24,557 nucleotides of DNA from contig JAYUUO010000266.1 of NCBI GenBank assembly GCA_043754515.1, positions 1 through 24,557 on the forward strand, in the 5' to 3' direction. Of the stretch, positions 9,481 to 17,679 are shown in pieces. A model generated the notes under the pieces. The model saw nothing but the letters and a program-made list of their open reading frames with translations, was not told the origin of the DNA and did not search any database. This DNA is from Armatimonadota bacterium. GTDB lineage: Bacteria; Armatimonadota; Armatimonadia; Armatimonadales; Armatimonadaceae. The number at the start of each line of letters is the position of its first letter. The stretch's first letter is position 1. The position numbers and the translations under genes are program-made.

Positions 9481-10926
9481 CTATACTAACTCGACGTGGA
9501 AGCCCCACAGGTGCGACTCGACCGCGCGGACCCGTACCATTTGCCCGAGCAGATCACGCCCGGACGGGAAGTGGACCGTCTTTCCGCCGCGCGTCTGTCC
9601 CTGCCATAGCTCCGGGTTCTTCGGCGAACGGCCGTCCACCAACACCTCGAACTCGCGCCCCGCCGCGGCATGCGCGGCGTTTATCTCACACGTGATCTCG
9701 TTGATGCGGGCGATTAGAATCTCGAGTCGCCGGATCTTCTCTTTATGCGGGATCTGATCCGGCAGTTTCGCCGCCTGAGTCGGGTCGCGCGGCGAGTAGG
9801 CGAACATGAACGCGCCGTCGAAACGGATCTCGTCCACGAACCGCATCGTGTTCTGGAACTGCTCCTCCGTCTCGCCGGGGAAGCCGAGCATGAGGTCAGT
9901 CGTGATCACGATGTCCGGCATGGCGGCACGCAACTTACTGACGATGACACGATACTCGTCCAGCGTGTAGCCCCGGTGCATCCGCTTGAGGAGCGTGTCA
10001 TCACCGACCTGTACGGGCAGGTGTACCTGCTCGCAGACGTGCGGAAGGCTCGCCATCGCGTGGATAACGTCGTCGGTGAAGTCTTTGGGGTACGGCGATG
10101 TGAACCGGACGCGCTCTATCCCCGGCACGTCACTCACGCGGCGGAGCAGTTCCGCAAACGAGCAGGTCGCATCCAGCCCTTTCAAGCCGTACGAGTTTAC
10201 CGTTTGGCCCAGGAGCGTTACCTCCCTGGTGCCGTGCGCCGCCAGATGCTCCACTTCGCCCACTATCTCGGATGCGGGGCGGGATCGCTCCTTGCCGCGC
10301 GTCAGAGGCACGATGCAGAAGGCGCAGAACTTGTCGCAACCGTACATGATCGAGACGAACGATTTTAGTTTGCCGGTGGTCACGCGCTTGCGCTCCGGCA
10401 GGAACAACTGCGACTCTTCCTTTTTGCGCGGCAGTTCAAGCTGGATCAGCACCTCGGACGGCCTGCCGTTCCGCGCCGCGCCCGAGTCCAGCGCGGCGCG
10501 GCGGGCGCGGAGCAGTTCGGGAATGCGCTCGAGTTGCGCGGTACCAGCCACTAAGTCAATGTGCGGCGCGCGACGCGCGATTTCCGACCCGGCGCGTTGC
10601 GCCATGCATCCGGTGACCCCGATGGTCAGGTTGGGGTTGTCCCGTTTGCGCTCGGCAAGTTCCCCGAGTTTGCTGAACACCTTGTCCTCTGGCTTCTGCC
10701 GCACGGAGCAGGTATTGAGCATGATCACGTCGGCGTCGTCCGCGCTGTCGGCTTCGACAAGGCCGTCGGCTTCGAGCAGGTTCTTGATCTGGTCGGAATC
10801 GTCCACGTTCATCTGACAACCCCACGTCATGACATGGAACCGCCTCGGGCGTGGGGCGGCTTCGGCAGTAACAGGCGAGGACGCGGGCGCGGCGTCGGTG
10901 GTAAGGGTATCGTTTTCGGCGAACAT
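9481..10926 (-). CDS. miaB: tRNA-2-methylthio-N6-dimethylallyladenosine synthase MiaB
   Basis: TWGCQMN, NTCSVR and GCMAQ (UPF0004 domain), radical SAM CDKFCAFC, RFTSPYP and a C-terminal TRAM domain. Confidence 0.96.
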   Translation of the reverse strand: MFAENDTLTTDAAPASSPVTAEAAPRPRRFHVMTWGCQMNVDDSDQIKNLLEADGLVEADSADDADVIMLNTCSVRQKPEDKVFSKLGELAERKRDNPNLTIGVTGCMAQRAGSEIARRAPHIDLVAGTAQLERIPELLRARRAALDSGAARNGRPSEVLIQLELPRKKEESQLFLPERKRVTTGKLKSFVSIMYGCDKFCAFCIVPLTRGKERSRPASEIVGEVEHLAAHGTREVTLLGQTVNSYGLKGLDATCSFAELLRRVSDVPGIERVRFTSPYPKDFTDDVIHAMASLPHVCEQVHLPVQVGDDTLLKRMHRGYTLDEYRVIVSKLRAAMPDIVITTDLMLGFPGETEEQFQNTMRFVDEIRFDGAFMFAYSPRDPTQAAKLPDQIPHKEKIRRLEILIARINEITCEINAAHAAAGREFEVLVDGRSPKNPELWQGQTRGGKTVHFPSGRDLLGQMVRVRAVESHLWGFHVELV

Positions 10927-10934
10927 AGCCGCTC

Positions 10935-10963
10935 ATTGTACGCCGGGGGCGAGCGTTGCGCAA
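10935..10963 (-). promoter_or_regulatory. Sigma70 promoter giving a (near-)leaderless miaB mRNA
   Basis: TTGCGC-17 nt-TACAAT-8 nt-ATG(10926). Confidence 0.7.
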
Positions 10964-11155
10964 AAATCGCGGGACCCGGAATATGGTCGTGAGAGGTTGT
11001 ATGTGCTTGACGGCGGCAAGAGGAAGAGATTAAAGGCGCGAGACGTATTATTCGTATCTGGATCGCCGCTGTTAAGCGGGCGAGATAGCGGCAGTCGTAG
11101 ATGGGCGCGGCAGACTGGTGTGCACCGCAGACGAAATCAAGGACGGATTAAGCGG

Positions 11156-11186
11156 TATAATCGGTCACCCCCTGTTTAGTAAGGAG
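11156..11186 (+). promoter_or_regulatory. -10 box and RBS for the small ORF-dcd operon
   Basis: Perfect TATAAT at 11156-11161 and AAGGAG 7 nt before ATG 11194. No clear -35. Confidence 0.55.
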
Positions 11187-11193
11187 TTGAACC

Positions 11194-11442
11194 ATGTCAA
11201 CGCGATTACGCGTCTCGGACATCAAGCCTGGGATGTTCTCTACGGAATGGTATGTTCGTTTTGCTGGTGTCGGTGGTGATTACGAGTTGTTCGTAGATAA
11301 AGCCAGTGTTCAAGACCAGGAACATACGATGGACGTGCAACTGGTCTATACGAATGATGAACAAGCCGTTGTGGAGCTACCCCGTGACACGATCAGCGGG
11401 CACGGCCGGGTGCAGGTTCCTATATCGGCTTTAGCTCTATAA
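11194..11442 (+). CDS. Small hypothetical beta-rich protein (82 aa) upstream of dCTP deaminase
   Basis: Strong AAGGAG SD, globular composition (PGMFSTE, ELFVD, VVELP) and a 14-nt gap to dcd, which has its own AAGGA RBS. Confidence 0.8.
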   Translation: MSTRLRVSDIKPGMFSTEWYVRFAGVGGDYELFVDKASVQDQEHTMDVQLVYTNDEQAVVELPRDTISGHGRVQVPISALAL

Positions 11443-11456
11443 ATAAGGAACGTGTC

Positions 11457-12026
11457 ATGATCTTAAGCGACAGCGAAATACAGGCGGCGTTGCAAAGCGG
11501 TCAGATCCGCATCGAACCGCCGCCGTCGCCAACGAGCTATACAACCACCGCAGTAGATTTATCCCTCGGCGGCGGCGACTTCAAGCGTTGGATCATTCCA
11601 CCAAGCGGCGTTGACATAATCATAGACCCGGCCAAGCCGGGCTTCTTCGCCAATCTCGCGCCTTATCTGGAGTCGGTCCCCTTGCAGGAGAACGCTCTTG
11701 TATTGAAGCCGGGGGAGTTCATCCTGGCTTTGACGCGAGAGCGTGTGGAACTGCCGGAAACAACACGAATTGCCGCGCGTGTCGAGGGAAAGAGCTCGCT
11801 TGCCCGCATCGGGCTGGCGGTTCATGTTACCGCACCGACGATACACGCGGGATTTAAGGGCAACATCACGCTCGAAATCAAAAACCATGGAGTCTTGCCC
11901 ATCCGTCTCACTGTCGGAATGCCGATCTGCCAGTTGATTTTCGAGATGGTCTTCGGAACCCCGTCGAAGGTGATGAGCGGCATTTTTCAGAATCAACGCA
12001 GTGTTTTAGGATCAACAACACCGTGA
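11457..12026 (+). CDS. dcd: dCTP deaminase (trimeric dUTPase superfamily)
   Basis: Motifs MILSDSEI, VDLSLG, LKPGEFILALTRERV, ARVEGKSSLARIGL, APTIHAGFKGNITLEI and GMPICQLIF. Confidence 0.93.
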   Translation: MILSDSEIQAALQSGQIRIEPPPSPTSYTTTAVDLSLGGGDFKRWIIPPSGVDIIIDPAKPGFFANLAPYLESVPLQENALVLKPGEFILALTRERVELPETTRIAARVEGKSSLARIGLAVHVTAPTIHAGFKGNITLEIKNHGVLPIRLTVGMPICQLIFEMVFGTPSKVMSGIFQNQRSVLGSTTP

Positions 12027-12246
12027 CACCTACTCGGAATAAGTGGGGCGGCAGTTTGGGTGGCGGCGACAGCGGCGAACATAATTATCATTTGGTAAAG
12101 GAGCTTTGCGGTGTGGCTCCCTGACGCGAAATAACTGACACTCTTTAGCTCGATGCTCAGGACTAATTGACCGGCATGTTGTGAAAGGCTGGCTATAGAT
12201 GTTGGACACAGCACGTTTCTCAAGGGGGGAAAGACTTATCTCTATT

Positions 12247-12711
12247 ATGCGATGGGCACGATTGGTGGTATTTGCCTCCGCGATATGTTTGACGGGGTGC
12301 GGCTTACATGCCAATCTTATGACACAACCTTCCCCCGACGGGAGATGGGGAGTTCATCTGTACACCGATGGGAAAACCGACCTCGGCATGAAAGTAACTC
12401 ATCCTCCCTCTTCACAGTCTGTGGATATGAGAAGTGCCAGTTTCATTCAAGACAATCCGAAACCTATTCTCATCGTGTGGGATGCCGACAGCAAAGAGTT
12501 CGTAGTTTTCTACCGGTGTAGCGAGGTCTCTGCCCTGGCACATAGCGGGTTCTCGGTCACAGACTCCGGCGGCAGCATAAAAGTACGGAGTCTAGAAGCA
12601 GATCCGAAATGGCTGAAGGAAACACTGCGAAAATTGAAGGCGTCACCAGACTGGAAAACACGTTACACAGCCGTCGAAATCTGGAAAAGTGCCTATCTGC
12701 GCGAACAGTGA
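12247..12711 (+). CDS. Putative lipoprotein, paralog 1 (possible immunity protein)
   Basis: Lipobox LTG-C after a hydrophobic stretch. Shares PSPxGxW, LGMK, F-QD, VW--DS-EFV-FY and PKWLK with 13049..13588. Start is uncertain (12199 or 12247). Confidence 0.75.
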   Translation: MRWARLVVFASAICLTGCGLHANLMTQPSPDGRWGVHLYTDGKTDLGMKVTHPPSSQSVDMRSASFIQDNPKPILIVWDADSKEFVVFYRCSEVSALAHSGFSVTDSGGSIKVRSLEADPKWLKETLRKLKASPDWKTRYTAVEIWKSAYLREQ

Positions 12712-12730
12712 TGCGGAAGGTGATTCGAGT

Positions 12731-12910
12731 ATGAGCGTAACGAACTACTACACCATGGCGGGCCGGCTACTAGGCGAGCATGCTACCGGCGCGGCGCGGC
12801 TAGACTATGCGACCGACGGCAAGGGCAACGTTATTCCCGTCACGAACCAGAGCGGGCAGTGCAACGGCCGGACCCCCTGTCCCGTGAGACACGATCAAAG
12901 CCCTCCGTAG
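12731..12910 (+). pseudogene. Truncated Rhs/YD-repeat core fragment
   Basis: GGAAGGTG SD, then MSVTNYYTMAGRLLGEHATGAARLDYATDGKGNVIPVTNQSGQ, resembling the Y-x-x-D-x-x-G-S/N-V...TD-x-x-G Rhs repeat. Similarity ends abruptly near 12860. Confidence 0.65.
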
Positions 12911-13048
12911 TGGGGCCGACACGTTCGCCCCCGCCTTGCACCATTTCAACATCGGACCGGAGCCGTAACGTCGGATCACGATGACTCATCACCGAGGTAT
13001 GATTATATGCGGAGATTTACGAGACGCACGGATTCTGGAGGCCCACGT

Positions 13049-13588
13049 ATGATAAAAACACCAAGCCCTCCGCTACGACCGCCCGCGTACAGGTGGGTTC
13101 TGTTGTTGCTCGCGTTCGCCCTGTGTTTAACGGGATGCGGGATAACTACAGTACCATCCGACATCACGGAACCTTCCCCCAACGGCAAATGGCGGGTTCG
13201 CTTGTATCATAGCCAGAAGCGCGAACTCGGCATGAAGATAGAATATGTGCCTGCCTCTGAGACCATCGAAGTGGATGAAACAGGCTTTCGTCAGGACAGC
13301 GCGCGACCAGAACTGGTCGTGTGGGGTAAGGATAGTGCGGAGTTCGTGGCTTTTTACAGTGCTGGTGAACTATCCTCTCTGCTAAAAGTAAGGTTCTCGG
13401 TGGCGAGATCCGGGGGCAAGACGGTGGTAACACTGATGCCCAACCCGGAACCGAAATGGCTGAAACAGGCCTTCCGCCAGAAGATACTGCCGCTGGACAA
13501 AGCGGCTCATTCCGAAGCACAGAAGGAGGCTCGTTCCAGAGCACGAAACGTTTGGGAACAGTTTTACGGTTCCCCCTTCGAGGAATGA
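13049..13588 (+). CDS. Putative lipoprotein, paralog 2 (possible immunity protein)
   Basis: GGAGG 7 nt before ATG 13049, lipobox LTG-C, and collinear similarity to 12247..12711. Confidence 0.78.
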   Translation: MIKTPSPPLRPPAYRWVLLLLAFALCLTGCGITTVPSDITEPSPNGKWRVRLYHSQKRELGMKIEYVPASETIEVDETGFRQDSARPELVVWGKDSAEFVAFYSAGELSSLLKVRFSVARSGGKTVVTLMPNPEPKWLKQAFRQKILPLDKAAHSEAQKEARSRARNVWEQFYGSPFEE

Positions 13589-13883
13589 TTTATCCATGAC
13601 CCAACTCCGTTCTATCCGCCAGCGTTGGCGTTAGCCCCCGCGCTGGTTCCGCGCTTCCCCTTCCTCCTTTCGGGCATTCTCCGCAGACACGGTCGGTCCT
13701 GCGTACCGGAGCGAACGGTGGGCGTCGCTCTTCGTCGTGAGTGGTCAATCAGAAGCGTCTACTATCCAATCACTCACCTGCTACTCGGCAGACGCGTACT
13801 TATAGATTCGCGTCCATCGGATGCCGCGCTGAACCGGTGTTTACGCGTGCGGGGAGCAACGTTCCCCGCGCGTGACGTACGCG

Positions 13884-13920
13884 AAAAAGGCGGGCATGGA
13901 ACTGTCGTCCCACGCCCGCC
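13884..13920 (-). terminator. Rho-independent terminator of DUF1800-DUF1501 operon
   Basis: Minus strand reads GGCGGGCGTGG...CCATGCCCGCC-TTTTT, about 30 nt after the stop. Confidence 0.8.
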
Positions 13921-13949
13921 CTCGTTAATGCATAACCCTCCGCTCTCCC

Positions 13950-15317
13950 TTACCCGCGAACCACCCCCCGGAAGTCTCCGACCCCGCCGGTGTAGCCGGG
14001 GAACAGTTTCGTGATCCGTGACGTGGGGATCGCCAGGTGCTTCGTCGCCACTTCCGCGAACACGGCGCGGAAGTCGGTCGTCACCGCGAGGTCGCGGTTC
14101 TCGTACAACTGGCCGTCCGCGAGGCCCGGCCACTTGCCGAGCACCTTGCCACCGTTCACGTCGCCGCCGAGCGCGAAGTAGCAGTTGGCGTGCCCATGGT
14201 CGGTGCCGCCGCCGCCGTTCTGCCGGGCTGCCCGCCCGAACTCGCTCATCGTCAGGATCGTGACATCCGCCATCCGGTCACCGAGGTCGGCATACAGCGC
14301 GGCAATCGCCCCGCCCCAATCCCGAAGATTATTGGCGAGCCGCCCGTTCGCGCCGCCCTGCGCGACGTGTGTATCCCAGCCGCCCATGTCCGCGAACGCG
14401 ATCTGCACACCGACATCGGCCTTGATCAGCTGCGCGATTTGCTGGAGTGACCGCCCGAAGCCGCCGTTCGGGTACCGCGCCCCGTTTTCAGGCATGTAGT
14501 TGTTCAATTTCAGATGTTTCAGAACACCCAGTGCCTCGAATGATTCCGACGCCGAGCCGTGCAGCACGTCGCCGACCGCCTTATCATAGATGTTCTCAAA
14601 GCCGCCCTCGGCGGAGGTGCCGGACGCAATAATCGCGGCCTCCGCCGCCGTCACGTCGTCGTCGCCTGGCATCGGTTTGTGTCGGTTGTTGCTCGCGAAC
14701 AGTCCGCGATCCTGAATCCCGAATGAGCGCAGGTCGGGAATAGCGAGTGCCCCGGCGTCGCCCTGCAAGATGCGCGGCATCGCGCCGCCCATGGCAAGGG
14801 CACGGAACGCCGAGTTGGTTTTCGCCTTCGCGCGGTCTTCGGGACACAACAACGCGGTCCGGGAAAGCCAGCCGTCGGGGACGCTTTTGTTATCGGGAGT
14901 GCCCGACTCCATGAAATCCTGCGCGTCGAAGTGCGAGCGGGTCCCGCTGGTCGAGCCGGCGGCGTGTACCACCGCCATGTGTCCCGACTTGTAGATCGGC
15001 AGGAGCGGCGCGAGTGCCGGGTGTAGCCCGAAAAAGCCGTCCAGGTCGAGTAGCGTCGCCGCGTCGCCGTTGCGCGGTTTCTCTACCGCGATATTCTGAC
15101 GCAACTTGTACAGGTCCGGGTCGCCGAACGGCGTGACCACGGACAGGCCGTCCGCCGCGCCGCGCTGGAACAGGCAGATCAGCACCTTGCCCCGCTTGCC
15201 CGGTTCCGCGCCGTATGCCGCGCGTCGCAAGAACGACGGCCAGAGCGCGGGCATCAAACCGACCGAGGCGAGCGCGATGCCGCCGCCCTTCAGAAACAAT
15301 CGTCGTGATATTTGCAT
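13950..15317 (-). CDS. DUF1501 domain protein with Tat signal
   Basis: SRRLFLK twin-arginine motif, plus FQRGAADGLS, GLHPAL, RSHFDAQ, GGWDTH, SEFGR and GTDHG. Confidence 0.92.
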   Translation of the reverse strand: MQISRRLFLKGGGIALASVGLMPALWPSFLRRAAYGAEPGKRGKVLICLFQRGAADGLSVVTPFGDPDLYKLRQNIAVEKPRNGDAATLLDLDGFFGLHPALAPLLPIYKSGHMAVVHAAGSTSGTRSHFDAQDFMESGTPDNKSVPDGWLSRTALLCPEDRAKAKTNSAFRALAMGGAMPRILQGDAGALAIPDLRSFGIQDRGLFASNNRHKPMPGDDDVTAAEAAIIASGTSAEGGFENIYDKAVGDVLHGSASESFEALGVLKHLKLNNYMPENGARYPNGGFGRSLQQIAQLIKADVGVQIAFADMGGWDTHVAQGGANGRLANNLRDWGGAIAALYADLGDRMADVTILTMSEFGRAARQNGGGGTDHGHANCYFALGGDVNGGKVLGKWPGLADGQLYENRDLAVTTDFRAVFAEVATKHLAIPTSRITKLFPGYTGGVGDFRGVVRG

Positions 15318-15351
15318 GATGTATTTCCCGGTACCGTGAGCGGCACCATTT

Positions 15352-17418
15352 CTAGCGTCGTTGAAACTCCGGCGCGCCCAGCACCAGCGCGGTGAGTCGT
15401 TTTTCTAGCGTCTGACCGGCGGCGGGGCTATTATCCGCTACTTCAGCATTCGCCTGTCGCAGGAGTGTCGCCCGCGTCGAGGGCGAGACGTCACCCTGCA
15501 ATACTTTGCTCGTCACCGCGTTCACGATGCTCCCCGGATCGCTTCCAGTCGGGATAGGCATCTCAGGCAGTTGCACCTCAATCAGGTCGCCGCGCATCAG
15601 ACCCAGAGCGAAGTTCAGGCGCGAAACGAGTGCCCCGGTCGAGACCCATTTACGGGAATCCTCGGGCCAGCCAGTCGGTGCCTGGAACTGGTAGAGCGGC
15701 TCACCCATAACCCCGATCTGCCCGACCAGCGTCCGCCCCTGCGTGATCGTGAAGTAGTCGCCACCCCCGCCATTCTTCTGATTGTAGCGGGCACGTTGCA
15801 AAGCGACGGGCGACAGGTCGAATGTCCCGCCCAGAGCACGAACCGACGAGACGGCGTACTCGAACGGCGACTTGATCTTCTGCCGGTACGCCTGCCGCGT
15901 GCTGAACTCGGGCGCGGTGACGATGGTGCGCACGATCTCGCGGATGTCGCCGTCGGTGCGCTTCCAGGTCGCCACGCATCTGTTGACCAGAGATTCCGGC
16001 GGATTGTCGGAAAACAGTCGGCGGCACAGTTTCGTCGAGATGAAGCGCATCGTCGCCGGGTTCGAGGCAAGAATATCTAACACCTTTTCGCCGTCCTGCT
16101 CCCCGCCGCCCGCCGGGATCGTCTGCCCCAGTACGACCTTCTCGCCGTTGTCATGACGGCGGGCGTTGAAGACGAACTCGCCGGGGCTACCCTGCCGCGC
16201 GTTCCCGACGCTCCAGCCGGTGAGACAACGCGCGACTTCCTGGACGTCTTTTTGCGTGTAGCCGCCGTCAACGCCGAGCGTGTGAAGCTCCATGATCTCG
16301 CGCCCGTAATTTTCGTTTACGCCCTGCTTCGGGCGGGCGTTCACGATCACGGCCTGCGCCAGCGGATTTTGCGCGTTGTTCGCCGCTGCTTTATCGAGCA
16401 TCGCCTGCCGGATCTTCTCACGGCGCGGGTTGTCGGGTTGCGGCGCGACATTCTGGAAGTTGTCCAGGTAGACGAGCATCGCGGGCGAGTGCGCGGACGC
16501 GCCGAGTAGGTCGCGGAACTTGCCCAGGGCGTGCTTACGAATCACGTCGCGCTCGTCCGCAACCTTGAGCACCCGGCACTGGTTCTTGCGAATATCAATG
16601 TTGAAGTGGTTCGACCAGAAATCGCACATCACCTCGTAAAGTTGCTGATTCGATTCGGTCGCCCGTACTGCCTTCGCCACCGACAGTTGGCGATCCGCCG
16701 CCTGTAATGCCTCCTTGCGCCCGCTCTTGTCGCGCTCGGCGAGGATCTGCTTGATCTGGTCGCGCTCTTCCGGCGTCGCGTAGGCATAGAGGGCTTTGAA
16801 ATATCCTGGTGCGCCCGGAGGCGGCATGACATTATCGCCTGGCATAGCGGGGGTTCCCGGTGCGGTTGCGACCGGGGGTTGCGGGGGGCTGACGGGTACG
16901 TTCCCCGGTGTTCCTGGAAGCGAAACACCCGACGGAACTGGTTGCACGGTCGCGGCGGCTCCCGACTTCATCCGCGCTTCGATCTCGCCGCGAATCTTTT
17001 GCAGAGCCTGGCCCTGCTTCAGACCGGCGGCATAGTCCGCCGCTAGTTCCGCGCCCGACGACTGAAGCATGGTAAAACCGGACAGTTTGGCGTCCACGGC
17101 AGAGTTATCAATCGTCTCCGGGTGCAACTGCTGGTCAAGGTAAGCGGCGGGACCCATCGCCTTGACCCGCGCGACATCGCCGGGGCGTGGCCCGAACCCG
17201 ATGCGGTTCAACAGGTGTACCACTTTCTGGTCTTCCGTCAGCGGCGTGTTGTCCACGAAGCCGGGTTGCGTGCTCTGGGGCACAGCAGGCTTCATCTCGG
17301 ATTTAGTGGTATTCGCGTTCTTTCGCGGGGGCGCGGCATGCGTGGCGGCGAACCCGCCCAGCGCGGCGGCGACGCCGAACGCGGCGGCGATTCGTAGGTG
17401 ATTGCGGTAGTTTTTCAT
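15352..17418 (-). CDS. DUF1800 domain protein, secreted
   Basis: Motifs HLLNRIGFGP, FWSNHFN, PAMLVYLDN, NENYGREIMELHTLG, KIKSPFE and PEFQRR. Lies in the canonical position upstream of DUF1501. Confidence 0.93.
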   Translation of the reverse strand: MKNYRNHLRIAAAFGVAAALGGFAATHAAPPRKNANTTKSEMKPAVPQSTQPGFVDNTPLTEDQKVVHLLNRIGFGPRPGDVARVKAMGPAAYLDQQLHPETIDNSAVDAKLSGFTMLQSSGAELAADYAAGLKQGQALQKIRGEIEARMKSGAAATVQPVPSGVSLPGTPGNVPVSPPQPPVATAPGTPAMPGDNVMPPPGAPGYFKALYAYATPEERDQIKQILAERDKSGRKEALQAADRQLSVAKAVRATESNQQLYEVMCDFWSNHFNIDIRKNQCRVLKVADERDVIRKHALGKFRDLLGASAHSPAMLVYLDNFQNVAPQPDNPRREKIRQAMLDKAAANNAQNPLAQAVIVNARPKQGVNENYGREIMELHTLGVDGGYTQKDVQEVARCLTGWSVGNARQGSPGEFVFNARRHDNGEKVVLGQTIPAGGGEQDGEKVLDILASNPATMRFISTKLCRRLFSDNPPESLVNRCVATWKRTDGDIREIVRTIVTAPEFSTRQAYRQKIKSPFEYAVSSVRALGGTFDLSPVALQRARYNQKNGGGGDYFTITQGRTLVGQIGVMGEPLYQFQAPTGWPEDSRKWVSTGALVSRLNFALGLMRGDLIEVQLPEMPIPTGSDPGSIVNAVTSKVLQGDVSPSTRATLLRQANAEVADNSPAAGQTLEKRLTALVLGAPEFQRR

Positions 17419-17500
17419 TGGGGGTTGTGGTGTCGGTTTGAGCGATCTGGATTCACAGGGGTGGTTGTCGTTCCGCCGGTTCTGTCCTTCTGCCCTTGTG

Positions 17501-17526
17501 GACGTAATGCGGGCGGCGAAGGTTCA
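17501..17526 (-). promoter_or_regulatory. Candidate ECF sigma promoter for DUF1800-DUF1501
   Basis: TGAACC-16 nt-CGTC matches the AAC/CGT ECF consensus and lies ~80 nt upstream of the start. Confidence 0.45.
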
Positions 17527-17577
17527 TTCGAGCGGGGCGGAATGTTCCACGCTGTATGTTCGGAGCAGTTCGCCGAT

Positions 17578-17606
17578 ACCATTAAAGGTAAGTCACCTTT
17601 AACGGT
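17578..17606. promoter_or_regulatory. AT-rich palindrome (operator-like) in divergent intergenic region
   Basis: ACCATTAAAGGT-aagtc-ACCTTTAACGGT, with 11 of 12 bases matched between arms. Confidence 0.5.
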
Positions 17607-17679
17607 CACGCCTATGTGAGGACTTGAGTGTTGCCGGAACGGTATAAACGCGCGACGGCGATACAATACCGCGACTACA

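Noticed and set aside
12908..13048. Rhs fragment is in frame with lipoprotein 2 across a single TAG (possible readthrough fusion)
   Set aside because: Lipoprotein 2 has its own GGAGG and signal peptide, the intervening translation is not recognisably protein-like, and frame coincidence has a 1-in-3 chance.
13596..13875. Possible third lipoprotein remnant or ORF 13625-14014, plus hairpin 13843-13873
   Set aside because: There is no lipobox cysteine or shared motif with the two paralogs. The hairpin alone could be a plus-strand terminator but lacks a U-tract.
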